A DNA stretch of 64,000 nucleotides, taken from contig NC_087437.1 in NCBI RefSeq assembly GCF_036321535.1, positions 63,366,001 through 63,430,000 on the forward strand. The letters are read 5' to 3'. Positions within the stretch are counted from its first letter, which is position 1. The number at the start of each line of letters is the position of its first letter. The DNA comes from Camelus dromedarius (lineage: Eukaryota). Both the position numbers and the translations under genes were made by a program. The notes beneath the pieces were generated by a model that had not been told where the DNA came from, did not search any database, and saw nothing but the letters and a program-made list of their open reading frames with translations. Of this stretch, positions 49,101 to 63,500 are shown piece after piece.

Positions 49101-52100
49101 GATCTGATGGATGCTAATTTGTTAATGCAGGACCTTGTGTGTTGTTTCCCATAATCTTTTGGGAACGAAGTTGAACTTCCATAGTTGAGGATGCTATTTG
49201 TCTTCTTTATTTCCAGAGATGGATGTTTTTGGTACAGAGTAGCTCTCCTTCAGATTTCTGGCAGGAGAGGCAGCATGAGAGTAGAATGTGGTCTTTGGAG
49301 TTAAACTTGGGTTCTGAGCCATCCTGTTCACTTACTAGCTGCATGTTTTTAGGCGTGGTAGTCAACCTCTGTGGGTTGTCTGCAGTTTCCACATCTGACA
49401 ATAAGGGTGGTTATAGAAATGAAATGAGTATGTGAATATAAAGAGGCACAAAGAAGGAATATCTATTATTCTACATACTGAGTATTGTTCCCCATGTCTA
49501 TGGAATGACCTGTACATCAGCCAACAAACATTACAGAGCCCCCTCCACCTAGCCTTGTGGAGAATTATAAAAGGAAGTTAGTATGCCCAAGGGGCTTTGG
49601 GCCTATATGGGGAAATATAACATGTAATTGGAAGATAGGAATAAGTTCTTGGTACAGACTCATTTAGGGGAATTGAGTAGCAAGAAATTCAGGGGCTGGA
49701 GTGATGAGGAAAGGCCTCAAAGATGAGGAAGAGGGAGGGTGGGTACCAGCCAGGAGAGAGGAAGGCAGGAACCCTTGGTTCGAGTGTCCCGAAGCTCTCA
49801 GCTGCTCCTTTGTTGGAACCTGGTGAAGAATCTTTGACCCTGTGGTGAGCTCTCAACCATGCAGGCCAGCTTTGACCCAAGATTTATTTTGGGGGTGGTT
49901 TTCATTCCAGGCTTGTTTTCCCTCTGCCACTCAGAATATTCCTGGAACAATTTTGTTTTAACTTCATACTAGAAGAGAAGTAATGAGAAGCAAATCTATA
50001 GCCAGAGTGAAAGCCCATCCCGTGAAGACTTTTGGATTCCCAAGGCTTTGTATTCTTTCCTCATGCCGCATTTATGTCAGTCCACTTGGCACCTATGTTT
50101 TACTGAGGTGAAAACCCTGGTCTAAGAGGCCAAGTAATTGGGTGGCAGAACCAGAAACAGCCAGTTCTCATCACTCCACCCCAGTGGCAGATGTGATGGG
50201 GTGAGAAGGGCTGACTTCGGCCAGAGAAATGAGTGCAAGTTGGATCTATCATCTGTTCCACCTGGTTCTCCAGAGTCTATGAAGGCTGTCCTCTTTTTCT
50301 GGAGGTGTCCTGGGGAGCAGGGGTGACTATTCCTTCATCTGGTCTGACTATGATTATTGCCATCTGTCTCCTGTTAGGGGCCCTGAGTACCATGTGTCTG
50401 CCCGCACAGATTCCACTCACCCTTAAAGTCTATCCCACCTAATAGCCAGACTTGACACTTGGGGCTCACACTGGATTCTGGGTCTGCCTTGACTCTGCAG
50501 TGCACCATCGTTCAGAGAAATTTCACCCTATGAGCAGTTCCAGACTCTGGCCATCTCCACTGACCCAGCAAGAGTGCCTTTCTCCTTTCCTAGGGCTGGA
50601 CTAGATGGAATTTCTTCTGAGGCTGTGTGAAAAACCAGGAAGAGGCCATGGTTTGGAGTCAGCTCCAGCACTGTCCTGGTCTTTGTAAGTCCATTAGTAA
50701 ATGCAGAGGGGAGCCCCTTCTCTGCTTGCCTGACGAGGCTGTGGGCAGATGAGCAAGTGCTTGGTACCCTTTAACTTGCGATGCTATCGGCGGTGTAGTG
50801 CCCCACTAGGCCACGAGCTCCTGATGGCAAAGTCATGCTTCATCTTTGTGCCCTTACTCTTAGCCCAGTAAGTAGTCTTAGCACCTGACACACTACAGGT
50901 GCCCAGACATCTGTACTGAAGGCATGGGCAGTGGGATGAGTAGGAGTCCTCAAGAAAGACCCTAAGACATCTCCATATGCTGCTCTGTGAGAAGGTAACC
51001 TCCACTCACCACGTCACTTCTGCAAAATATCTTCTTTATGGTTAGTCATAACTGTTCTGATTTTCTCCTGAACGTCCTGCATTTTTCTGCTAAGTACTAA
51101 GACTGCTTATAGAATGTGTCTAAAATGGACCTATCCCTACCCTTCCCATTATCCAGGTTAAGTTCTCATTCCTTATTTTTGTATTTGTGTGAATAGAGCA
51201 TTTCTGCGGTCGCTTGGTTGCTAACCTGGTAGAAATGGGTGTGTTCAGGAGGAGGAACCAGGCTGTTGCAGGGTGCCTGGAGGAACACAGCCCTTACCCT
51301 GTCACTTGCCTCTGATCACTACTGAAGCCGGTGTCTTTGCAGGAGGGCCTCATTCTGGACATGAGACAGTTAATGCAGTTGCTCCTGATTTTACCCCCTG
51401 GTGTTTCCACTGAAGTGTTTTAGGGAGTTGTCAGGCTTTTTGTTGTGATTGGGCAGCCACCTAGGGCACCAGCTGGTCGCAGATGACCACAGCCACTCAG
51501 CCCCTCCTCCTGAGATTATCCTCCTCCTCTGGTTACCCCAGGCAGAGAATCCCTTGGTTTTACTTTCATATTGTCATTGCTCATGACCAGACCTTCGCTC
51601 GCTCATACTTGGACTATTAACTATGGCCTCTCTGTGGCACAAATACATTTTACACTTGATTGCTTTGTTAATCTTAAAGTCCAGTCTGGCTGTGTCACTC
51701 CACCTTCAGAAACCTTCAGTGGCTCCCTGCTGCTCACAGGACCACCTTAACTTGAAGTGCAAGGGCCCCATCATCTGACCTGCACGCCAAGCTCGTTAAC
51801 TTATTGTCCCTAAACCCAGTTTACACTTCCCTGTCTCTCTGCCTTTAACGGTGAGTTTATCCTCTCCTGGAATATTCTTCACTTGCCTCTTTTACTGACA
51901 GGTCCCTCTATCCTTAAGTATTTGTTCAGGGAGTGAATTGAGTTTCTAATGCCTGTCAGGAGCTGCCCCAGCATGGAGACTGCCTTTGACATGCTCAGCT
52001 TCAAGTTTTCTTCCTCATTTGAACTACTGTAGCAATTGGTCCCTGTAAAATTCTTTTGATGGTGACAAGTCATATATTGAAAAGTTTATATCTTTAGTTT

Positions 52101-52393
52101 TTTTCATGATAAAATTTTTATATCCACAACTACATTGAAAAAACTTCAAGGGAAAGCCATGCCTAAGGCCTTTATTTCCTAATAGCCATCTTTCAGATCC
52201 AACTAATGACAAAATTCCAATGGCAGCCTTGTTTGCAAAATAATCCATGCCTCCCAGTCCCCAGCCTGACCTGGGTGGGGTCAGGGAATCTGTTTTTACT
52301 AAGCTCCTCAGGTGTTTCTGATGTCAGCCAGATTTGGGAATCAGTCTTTATTGCTTTTTTGCTATGTAATTATTTCTTTGATTTGTGTATTAG

Positions 52394-52456
52394 GTAGGAT
52401 TCTTCAAAATGAACAGAAACCAACTCAGGCTAGCCAAAGAGACAAAAAAAAAAAAG
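52394..52456 (+). other. MYLK: Probable MYLK non-coding exon 2
   Basis: TAG acceptor and AAG|GTAGTA donor; GGATTCTTCAAAATGAACAGAAACCAA resembles the second human MYLK 5'UTR exon as recalled (not verified). Confidence 0.6.
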
Positions 52457-53359
52457 GTAGTAGTTGTGTGGTGAAAGGAGATAACAGTCCCGTATTTTCT
52501 TGATTTCAAGTTATGATAGGCTGTAAGATTTATATCACTTTCTAGATTCTCAGGAAAAAAGCATTTCCTTTAATATACATAATTTTAGAAAAATTTCTAA
52601 ATTTCAGTATGCCTTTATTTATAAAAGTTGTATAACCACTTTCTTCATCATTATCACAATCAAAATATTAAGTTCCTTCTGAATTGTGTTTGTCTATCAG
52701 TCTTACATTACACATGATTTCAAGATTAAAGTCCTGTTTTTTATAACCTGTGCTCATGATTTTTGAATGTTGAGTCATCCTTGAATTCTTAAGGTAAATT
52801 CTTGGGTAGATACTTGGTCATAATGTATAATTTTTTAAAAAAAAACACGTTGGCTTTAATCTTCTAATCCTTTATTGGATTTTTTTTTTTTTTTGCATTT
52901 ATGGTCATGAGTGAGATAGAACTATTGTCTTTACTTTCCTAGGCTGATTTTGTATGTACCGACAATTTTGGCATCTTCAGCCCTTTTAGGATTGACAGAA
53001 TAATTCTGAGGAATATTAAAGTATAACAGGATTTTATCTGCATTTCCTTTAGGTTAAACTTTTACTTCTGGTTTTTCTATAAGTAAATAATGTTGCTAAG
53101 ATAGTATCAGAATAAATATCTTCTTCTGAAAGTTAACCGGAAGCTTTGAAAAATTATTGTTCAGTACCCAACTGATCATGTGTTGCACGTGAATCAGTAA
53201 CACCAGCTTTTCCTGTCTTAAAAAAGTCTATGCTTTATTCTGATACATTTGGCAGTTTCTTTTGCCCTTTGATTCCATTGCTTGACAAGTGGTAGGCATC
53301 ATTTTAGGTACATAATAACTTTTTTTCAATGCTGCATCACGATGGAATCTTTGAAGGCG

Positions 53360-56300
53360 TTTTTCTTTCTCATTTAAAAAACTGAGGTATAATTTACATG
53401 CAGTAAAATTCACCTATCTTAGTGTACAACTCTAAGTTTTAACAAACATAAAAGCATTACTACATTCAAGATACAGAACATTTCCATCACTTCCCAAAAT
53501 TGCCTTGTATACTTTATAGTCAACTCTTCTACCACCTGAAGATCCTAGGTGGGAATCACTGATCTGATGTCTGTACCTACGATTTTGCCTCTTTCAGACT
53601 GTCGTGTAAGTGGAGTCAGATGGTATGTAGCCTTTTAACTTTACCTTCTTTCACTTAGCACAATGTGTTGGAGAGTTATCTATGTTGTTACATATACATT
53701 AGGTCAAAGGAATGCAGTACGTCATTCCTTTTTACTGCTGCGTGTTATTTCATTGTATGTGTTTCCCTATTCACCAATTGAAGGACATTTTGAGTTGTAG
53801 TTTGGGGTGATAAGGAATAATTCACTATGAATATTCATGTACAGGTTTTTATGTGAACATAGATTTTCATTTCACTTGGGTAGATACCCACAGGTGGGAT
53901 TGCTGGGTGGTACGGTGCATGTATCATAATAAAATGACAACCTGTTTTCCACAGTGGCTACACCATTTTGCATTCTTACTAGCAATGTATAAGGGTTATA
54001 GTTTCCACATCTTTGTCAGCACTTAGTATTGTCAGATTTAAAACATTTTTTTAGATATTCTGATAGGTATAATTTATCATTGTGGTTTTAACTTGCATTT
54101 CCCTGATGACTAAGAATGTTGAGCATCTTTGTTATTTAGCTTATTTGCTATCCGTGTATCTTCTTTGGTGAAGTATCTGTTTAGATCTTTTGCCTGGGTT
54201 TTATTGAATTGTTTCATTTTGATTGAGTTTTGAGATATAATTATTTATATTCTGGACATGAGTCATTTATCAGGTACATGTTTAGCAAATATTTTCTCAC
54301 TGTCTATAGCTTATCTTTTCATTCTCTTACCCATCTATTTTTGCAGAGCAGAAGTTTTTAATTTTGATGAAATCCAATTTATCAATTAAAAGTATTCTTT
54401 TGGTGTTGTATCTAAGAAATATTTACCTAATATGAAGTCATTAAGATTTTCTCCAATACTTTCTTTAAGATGTCTTATAGTTTTAGGTTTTATATTTAGG
54501 TCTAATCCATTTTGAGTTTTTTTTTGTACATGGTGCAAGGTATTGATACAGGTTCTTTTTCACATATAGATGTCTAGTTAATGTAGCACCATAGTGAAAA
54601 GACTATCCTTCGCCTATTGAATTTCCTTTGTATCTTTGTTGAAAATCATTTGAGAATGTATTTGTGGGTCTGCTTCTGACTATTCTGTTCCATTGGTTTG
54701 TGTGTATATCCTTTCAGCAATACCTCACTATCTTGATTATTGTACCTTGCTTTCTTGCTTTCTTGTGGCTGTATTTTAAGTTTTGAAATCAGGTAGTATT
54801 AATTCTTCAACTTAGTTCTTCCTTTTCAAAATTGTTTTATTTTCAATCTGATTTATTTGACTTGTATTTATTTTTCTTGCCTTATTGTGCTGGTTAGGAT
54901 CAGTATAATGTTAAAAAGGCGTGGTGAAAATAGACATCATTGTCTTATTTCCAATCTTATGGGGCAGGCATTCAGTCTCATACCATTATGTTTGATGCTA
55001 GCTATATGGTTTTTGTAGATGCTCCTTGTTATGTTGATAAAGTTCCCTTACTCCTAGCTTGCTGAGGTTTTTTTTTTTAATCATGAATGGATTATGATTT
55101 TTTTCAAGTGCTCTTTTTGGATCTATTAAAATTTGAAATTTATATATATAGATTTTTTGTCCAGGAGTTGGCAGACTTTTTCTTAAAGTGCAAGTCTTAG
55201 TCTTTTTGGAATGCTATAACAAAATACTACAGAACAGGTTGCTTATAAACAACAGAAATTTATTGCTCACAGTTCTGAAGGCTGGAAAGTTCAAGATCAA
55301 AGCTCCAGCATGTTCAAGTTTTAGTGAATGCCCTCTTCCTGATTCATAGCCAGTGCTTTCTTCCTGCGTCCTCTACATGGTAGAAGTAGGTTAGGGATCT
55401 CTTTGGAGTCTCTTTTATAAGAGCACTAACCCTATTTATGAGAGTGCCACTGTTATGACTTAAGCATCTCCCAAAGGTCCCAACTTCTAATACCATCATC
55501 TTTGTGGCATAGGGGGTTAAGATTTCAACATATAACTTTTGGGAGGACAAAAAAATTCAGATCATAGCGGCCAGAAAGTAAATCTTTTAGCCTTTGTCAG
55601 CCATAAGGTCTCTAACTCAACTCTTATAAGGTCTCTGATCAATGACTCAGCTCTGCCATTGTAGCATGAAACCAACCATAGACAATACCTAAATGAATGG
55701 ATGTGGCTGTGTTCTAGTAACTATTATTTACAGAAATAGGCTGCATAGTTTGCTGACCCCTTGCTTTAGTCTGTTGATATGCTGAATTATACTAATTGAT
55801 TTCTGTATGTTTAACCAGCCTTACATTCCAGAAATAAACTCCACTTGATCAAAATGTATTGTTAATCTTTTTATATATTGCTGGATTGAATTTGCTAGCA
55901 TTTGTTGAGGTTTTGTGTGTATGTGTGTTTGTGTGTGTTTAGACTGATGAAAGCTATTGGTCTCACTCTCTTTTCTTATAATGTCTTTGATTTTGGTGTC
56001 AGGGTATAGGTTGCCTTATAAAAGGAACTGAGAAGTGTTTTCCTCCACTTCTAGTTTCTAGAAGAGTTGTATAGAATTGTTATTATTTGTTCCTTAAATT
56101 TTTGGTAGGATTGTCCAGTGAAGCCTGGAGTTTGATTTGATGGAGTGGTTTTTAACTGCAAATTTAATTAGTTAATAAACATAGGGCTATGTAGATTATC
56201 TATTTCTTCTTGAGTGATTTTTGATATTTGGTGTTTTTTGGGTAATTTTTTCCATCTAAAATGTAGACTTTATAGACAAATATTGTCCATAATATTTGCT

Positions 56301-56590
56301 TATTATCCTTTTAATGTCTTCAGGGATTATGGTGATGTCTCTTCTTTTGTTACTAATATTTTAGTTTGTATCTTTTTTGCTCTCTGCCAGTCTTGCTAGA
56401 GGTTTGTCAACTTTATTGATATTTTCAAAGAACCAGCTTTTGGCTTCGTTGATTTTTCTCTATTATTTTTCTGTTTTCAATTTCATTGCTTTCTTCTTTT
56501 CTCTTTATTGTTTCTTTTCTTCTGCTTGCTTTGGGTTAGTTGTTCTTCCTTTATTAGTTTGCTAAAGTGGAAGCTCTGATCATTGATTTG
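53360..56590 (-). mobile_element. Old antisense L1 (L1MA/MB-like) interrupted by MER58 and MLT1A
   Basis: 3' end actgaggtataatttacatgcagtaaaattcacc followed by antisense ORF2 motifs. Confidence 0.85.
55191..55568. mobile_element. MLT1A-like MaLR solo LTR nested in a MER58 element
   Basis: gtcttagtc...ctataacaaaatac...aacagaaatttattgctcacagttctg...ttcagatcatagc; MER58 halves at ~55160-55190 and ~55569-55762. Confidence 0.8.
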
Positions 56591-56917
56591 ATAGCTCCAG
56601 GGTTCTCCTTTTCCGGGATAGTTGGGTTGGGAGGGTGAAACGGAGGTGCAGAAAGAGGTTTTCCACCTCTAAGCACTTACCATGAAAGCTTTAGTAAAAG
56701 CCTGTGCCATATTTGTCCAGAGAGTCCTGAAGCTCCTACCTGGTGTGGGACCAGTGGGAGGGAGCATCAGAGGTCATACTTTGGACTGCTTTCCTGCTGC
56801 CCTGGGAATCTGGGACCCTAATATTCATCTGCTTCCCAACCTGACCTGTAGAACAGAGAGCAGAGAGAGTTGGAGTTGCTGCAGTTTTATGGGTGAAAGG
56901 GCTCTCCTCAATAGTTT

Positions 56918-57140
56918 AAAGGTGGACAAGCTTTTTCTGAAAAGAGCCAATAGTAAACAATTTCAACTTAGCAGGCTATACTGTCTCTGTCACAAGTATT
57001 CAGTTCTGCCATTATAGCATGAAAGCAGCCATAGAGAATATGTACATGAATGGTTGTGGCTGTGTTTCAATAAAACTTTATTTATCAAGATAGACAATAG
57101 GCTGTATTTGGCCCATGGGCCATAGTTTGCCCATCCCTGC
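56918..57140 (+). mobile_element. MER58A-like hAT MITE
   Basis: ctgccattatagcatgaaagcagccatag...ggctgtgtttcaataaaactttatttat...ccatagtttgcc. Confidence 0.8.
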
Positions 57141-60100
57141 ATTAGTCTGTTAGTGTGGTGAATTACACTGATTGATTTTCATATGTTGAACCAGCCTTGC
57201 ATTCCCAAGATAAACTCCACTTAGTTTAGAGCATCGCATCTGCACCTGGCCCTGTCTTTGTTTCTTAGCTTGTCACTGAGCTGGGAGCTTCTCAGGAGCA
57301 GAGCCACAGAAGTACCACCTCTTATCTCCCATCAAACATATAGTGGGTGGTTAGTAATTATTTGTGGCTGGATGGAAAGAACTGTGCATATCCATGGTGT
57401 CTCTGCTGAGGCCCCCTTGGGGCCCAGAGACATGGGCATTGTGTGGAGGAGTGAGGCCCATGTGCTACCACTGCAGGCATAGGCTGATTTTCATTTCAGA
57501 GGCTATTTTGGAAACATGACTTAAGTTTGGTCTGTGGGGCTCTGCTTTCTAATTACTCTCTCCTTTTCCTGAGAGTTGTGGTTGGCGCAGTGGCTGCCAG
57601 GCCCAGGAACTCAGGCATCCAGATGCCAGTGCGGTGCTGGTGTTCTGAAAGGGCTTGACTGACCTGTTTCCAGGGCCCTGGTCTCCTTTTATAGAGGTGT
57701 GTGCTGGTGTGTGGGAGAGCTGCCACAGGAGGGGCCGGGCTGTCTGGCTCCTGAATGTGAGCACGCCTGACCTTTGTGACTCTGGTCAGCTTCGTGCTGA
57801 CCACATGGTGCCGTGGCAACACGGGGCATTGGACAGATTCTGTACAGGCACATTGCAGAGTTCATCTCTGCTACTTTTCCTCATTGGCTGAGAGAGCCAC
57901 TTCTGTGGTTGGTGGGAAGGGTCTGGGCTTTGCAGCTCACAGACTGGGGTTTGAATCCAGGTTCAACACCTTATTAGATGGGTGAACCTGGGAAATTATT
58001 TAACTACTCTGAACTTCCCTTCACTCATTTCTAAAAAGTAGATGCTCACAACCTTGAAGCATTGTCATGAGGGTTACATTAACCGCCCCCTCTCCTGGGC
58101 TAGGGGAGATGTGGGGGGACTCTGAAGGATATTAAGCAGAGAGTGGTGGACAAGTCTATAGAGAAATGCAGAACAAATTACAAACATGGTGGGAAAATCC
58201 TTTGAATGTCTAAGGTATGGAGAGGGATGTTGATTCCCTTCTCCCTCCTCAGGTATTTTTTGACTGAGGGGTGGGGAGGAGTGACTCAGGGGCCAAGTCT
58301 CTGGTTTCGCTCTGGAGCAGGGAGGGGCTGACTGCCACTTCTGGGTGGTGTCTTGGATTGTTTGGTGCTTTTGTCTTTTGTTATTCAGCCTGGTTCACTG
58401 GGAGGGGAACAGAGTCCTGTGGCTGCGCTAGACCCTGGTTAGTGACACCAATTGCATAATTGCCTGCTATTTGATGGTGCCTGGCCCCTACTACCTGGCA
58501 ACAGTAAGAACTCTCCTTCATGCATGCGTAGGCTCTCACTGCTGGCAGAACATGCTTGCAACCATCCTTACTACCAGTGAAGGTGAGGAAGGGGTGAGGA
58601 GAGTCCCTTCTAAAAGCCATCAGGACACCTCCACCCCTGCTTTCCACTGGCCAATATTTTAGACCCTTGGGTACAGCTATTAGGGGATGAGACCCCTGTC
58701 TTTCCTGCAGAAAGCCAGTGAATTAAGGAAACTTGCTCCAGGCTCATCCTGCCCACCCTCTGGAGGAATCAGACTAAGGCTTTTAGTGGAGAGCTCATAA
58801 AACTTGTTGAGGATTAGAAATTAAATAAAGTTCCAGTTTTGTCATCCTGAGATGATTTTATATTATTGCACCTTAAAACAACATTAAAACACAGATCTGC
58901 TTGTAACATCTCTGGTTAAAAAACAATGTTAATCTTGTACCATATGAAAGATAAAATTCTAACTGTCAACTTCACATACAAAATAGGCTGCAGTTAGAGT
59001 CCTGCCATATAAGAGACTCAGTTATCGTCGAGTGACTGTAAGTATTTTTCATTTGGATAAATTTTTTATAGTTTACTTAATATTTCACATATTTAGCATT
59101 TAATTTTTGTCAGTCTTTATGATGTTATTCTTATTCCTGTTTTATAGTTGAGAACCTAAGTCTCAGTGAAGTTAAAAAGAACTTGCCCAGTTTCACATGG
59201 CCACTGTAAAGTCACTAAGCAGAGGGCATAAAATAGAGCAGTCACTTGCCACTTCCTAGCTGTATGACCTTGAACAGGTTCATCTCCAAAACAGGGATAA
59301 TACAGCTAGCTCATAAGGTTTTCGTGAAGGTGAAATAAGATAATCCAAACGAAACACTTGGTGTGCTCTCTGCCATGTAGTGAGGGCTCAGGAAATGTTA
59401 GGTATTATTATGATACTATCTTTTAACTCTTCTGCATTGGTGTTTCCAGTTTCTATTCCACTGTTATGAGTAACACTGCTATAATTATCTTTGTCCAAAT
59501 GGTTTGCTTTTTCTGTTGTGTCATTTCCTTGGATTTTATTCCAAGAACAGCTTTACCAGGTTGAAAGGTATGACCCTCTTTTTTTCGCTTTTGTTCCATA
59601 TTGCCAGCCAGCCTATTAGTGGGATGATTCCTGTTTACCAAATTGGTATTAGACCCAGGAGAGTGAACTACCTTCTTTAGATGGTACTTCCCTGTGACCC
59701 CTCAGCCTGTCAGACGAACCATCAGTCATTCTAAATGAGGGTAAAAAGACCACATCCTAGGCTTGTTGGAGCCAAACCTTACAAAACAGGTTGTGCCCAC
59801 AGCAAGATATAAACCGAGTTGGTCAGCAAATTGTATTGAAAACCCTAGGAATGGCTGGCCTCCCTGCTGCTTCCTGCGGACTCCTTGGGAGATCTTGGCA
59901 TGTTTACTGTTGTGGATATGAACGAGTGGTGTTGCGGGAGGCAGGAGCTGCTTCTGAGCGCCTGACCCAAGATTACAGGGAGAAAACCTGTGTCTGGGGA
60001 CCATGGGTAACTCCAGACTTTTTAATATATGTATTAGTTTCTTAGGGATGCTGTAACAAAAGTACCACAATCTAGGTGGCTTAGAATAAGAGAAACCTAT

Positions 60101-60499
60101 TCTTTCTTTGCCAAAGTAAAACTAGATTACTGCTTATCCTCAAAGTAAAGAACTTCTGTGTTTGTGTAGAGTAATAGTAGAATAAGGCTAGAATGCAAGG
60201 GCCTTGTTGTAGGCTGAGAGTTTAGAGGTTATTAATGGAGAATCATCAAAGGTTGCTGAGCAGCAGGGTTCACATACTAAGAGCTGTGAATGAGAAAAAT
60301 TTACATGGTAGTGACATTCAGGGTGGATTGTTGTGGGGGAACACAGGGGATAGGGAGGACAGTGGGTCTGCAATCCACATATGAGTCCAGGGCTTGGACC
60401 TGGCTGGAGACTGCAGGGGAGCCAGCAAGGGGAGGGATGTGAGTGATGTGAAGTTAGCAGGTGTTGGAGATGTGAGTGGTGACCGAAAAGAGAGAAAAA

Positions 60500-62060
60500 A
60501 TAGTACAACAATCTTACATTATAGGTACTATGTTCTGTAATTATGAAAAATATCAAATATGCAGCAAGGTTGAAACAAATGCACAGTGAATAGCCATATG
60601 CCCTCCACCTAGATTCTAAAATGAACATTCTGCCGTATTTGCCTTGTCACATATCTAGCCAGCCTGCTATCATCCATCTGCCATCTTGTTTTTGTGATGC
60701 ATTTCAAAGTAGGCTGCAAGCATTAGTATATTTCCCCCTAAATACTTAAGTGTGCATACCATTCATTAGAGTTCAATAGTTGTTTACATTCTTTTTCTTT
60801 TGAGATAAAATTTACATACCTGAAATGCATACTTCTTAAGTGTGCCATTGTATGGCTTTTGACAAAAGCACACAACTGTGCAACCTAAGCCCCTTTCAGA
60901 ATTTGAACATTACCGGCATCCCAGAAAATTCCTTCATATTCCTCCTCAGTCAGTCTCTGTCCCTACTCTCTAGGACAGCACCATTGTTCTAATTTTTAAA
61001 TCATAGATTTATTGTGCCTTTGCTAGAATGTCATATAAATGGAATCGTACAGTATGTATTCTTTGGTTTGAAGTTTATGTCACTTGGTATAATGTTTGGA
61101 GGTCCATTTATTTTGTTGTGTGTATCAGTGGTTCTTTCCTCTTTATTTCTGAAGAATATACCACTGTATGGATATACTGCAGTTTGTGTCTCCATTCATC
61201 TGTTGATGGACAGTGGGCTGTTTCTAGTTTTTGGCTATTCTGAATAAAGCTGCTGTGAACATCTTGTACAGGTCTTTTTTTGGGTGGACATGTTTTTCAT
61301 TTCTCTTGGGTAGATGCCCAGGAATGGAAAATCACTGGGTCATAGGATAGGTCAATGTTTAGCTTTGTAAGAAACTGACAAAGTGGTTGTACCATTTTTA
61401 TACTTCCACAAATAGCATGTCAGAGTCTGATTGCTCTACATTCTCACTAACATTTGATGTTGTCAGACTTAAATTTTAGCCATTCTGGTAGATATGTAGC
61501 AGTGTCCCAAAATGGTTGTAATTTACATTTCCCTAATGATTAATGGTATTAAGAATGTTTTCATGTGCTTATTGACCATTTCTATATCTTTCTTTCTGAA
61601 GTATTATTCAAATTATTCAAATATTTTGTCCATTTAAAAAATTGTGGTTTTTTTATTATTTAATTTTAGGAATTTTTAATTTATTCTTAATACAACTTCT
61701 TTGTCAGATATATGATTTGCAAATCTTTTTCCTAATTGTCACTTGCCTATTCATTTTCTTGACAGTGTCTTCTGAAGAATAGATGTTTTAAATTTTGACA
61801 AAATCTAATTTACAATTTTCTTGCTGAGGCTAATTTTTTTTCTGTGTCCTAAGAAACTTTTACTGTCCCCCATAGAAGATCACCTCATATTTTTTTCTAG
61901 AAGCTTGATAGCTTTAACTATTATGTTCAGATATGTCACCCATCTCAAGTTAGTTTTTTGTGTATGATATGAAGGAGGGGTGTCAAAATTCTTTTTCTCT
62001 TCTAATGGATATCCAGTTGTTCTTGCCCCATTTGTTGCAAAAACACTTTCTTTGTTGTTT
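60500..62060 (-). mobile_element. Old antisense L1 3' regions (L1MC/L1MB-like)
   Basis: ttgagataaaatttacatac...catataaatggaatcgtacagtatg...aataaagctgctgtgaacat. Confidence 0.8.
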
Positions 62061-63400
62061 GGTACTGTATTTATCCTCATGAAGAAACCAAGACAGAAGT
62101 AGCTAAGTAACTCATTCATAGGTCCTGCAGTAGTGGTCAGATTTAGGATTTGAACCCAGAGCCTATATATTTAACCACTGTGCTCTGTTTCCTTCTATGC
62201 TGATGACTCTGTGATTTTGACCTAAGTGCCAGGAAGCTTGGTGTAAAGCATTGGCAAAAAAGTCAAGAAGGGAAGAAAGTTTCATTTGAGGTTGAGTTGG
62301 GGAGCCCGTGGGATACCTGAGTGGGTAACTTGGGAAGCGGATAGAGAAAAGGAGGGAAGGACAAGTAGGGAGCAGGGAGGGAAGCAAGAGAAAAGGGAGG
62401 CAAGAGGTACTGAAGGCGGACATTGTTAACCCCAACCTGAACCTCACCTTTTCTGTTTAGCATCGGGGGATTGGTACCTGTCACATCAACCCAGGTCTAG
62501 AAGAGCCCGTGAAATAGACAAGATCCAAATAGTCTAGCTCTTTTGAATCTAGGTGGTGAGGGTGGCATGAACAAGCGTCATAAAGCTAGAGAAGAGAAAT
62601 AGATGAAGAAGGGCAGAGAGAGTCAGCAGGCATCATGATCACAGGGCTGACTCTCAGACAAACCTGGTTTCAGGCCTTAATCCCAGCCCTGCTGCAGCTC
62701 ACTAACCATGGGAGCTCAAGCAAGTTCCTTTGGTTCTGTGTCTCATTTTCCTCATCTGTAAAATGAGAATAACATCAACCTCCCCGAATTAAATTAGACA
62801 ATGGGTTTAAGGCACTTAGTACTGAATCTAACACATTCTCAACATTCAGTAAATGGCATGTTAGTAATTTTTATGAAGATTCAGTATTTTAAGAATGTGA
62901 TTAGTACCTGGAGTGTAGAAGACCCTCAGGGAAGCTTGCTGAATGAATGAATGACCTCCAGAGACCTAGAATTCTCCAACTTTAATTGCGCAACTTGGCA
63001 GTTTGAGAACACATGGCCAGGAAGTCAGAGTAAGAAGCTAGGACTGTAAACTGGAGCTGGTCTCGAAATATTGAGGGTGGCACAGGAGGCAATCCAGATG
63101 GCTGGTGCTGAGCCAACAGGGCCTTAAAGACTTCCTGGGGAAAGATGCAGACTGCTGGCCCTGATACTGCACAGGGTCTCCACAGGAGCTTTGCAGCAGG
63201 GAGGGAGGGGGCTCCTGCTGAGAGCACCAGAGCACTCCCAGACCGTGAGTACGAGAGCACTCTGCCTGCCGGAGGGATAGCACTTGCTATGTGTTGTTGT
63301 CCAGTGGATCACAGAAACCCATCTCTGTCACTGGTTTTGATGACTGTCCTGCAAGATTGGCTGCACTTCTAGAAAAGCCCATTTACATGGCATTTGTGTT

Positions 63401-63500
63401 GGAGTGTGTGCTTAGTATGCAAGAGGTTCTGGGTTCGATTATCAGTACTGTTAAAAATAAATAAATACATATAAACCTACTTCCTCCCCCCCAAAAATTA
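63401..63500 (+). mobile_element. 5'-truncated tRNA-derived SINE (same family as 25004)
   Basis: gagtgtgtgcttagtatgcaagaggttctgggttcgat...aaacctacttcctccccccc. Confidence 0.8.

Noticed and set aside
59005..59014. CArG-like box CCATATAAGA
   Set aside because: One mismatch to CC(A/T)6GG and expected by chance in AT-rich DNA; no supporting evidence.
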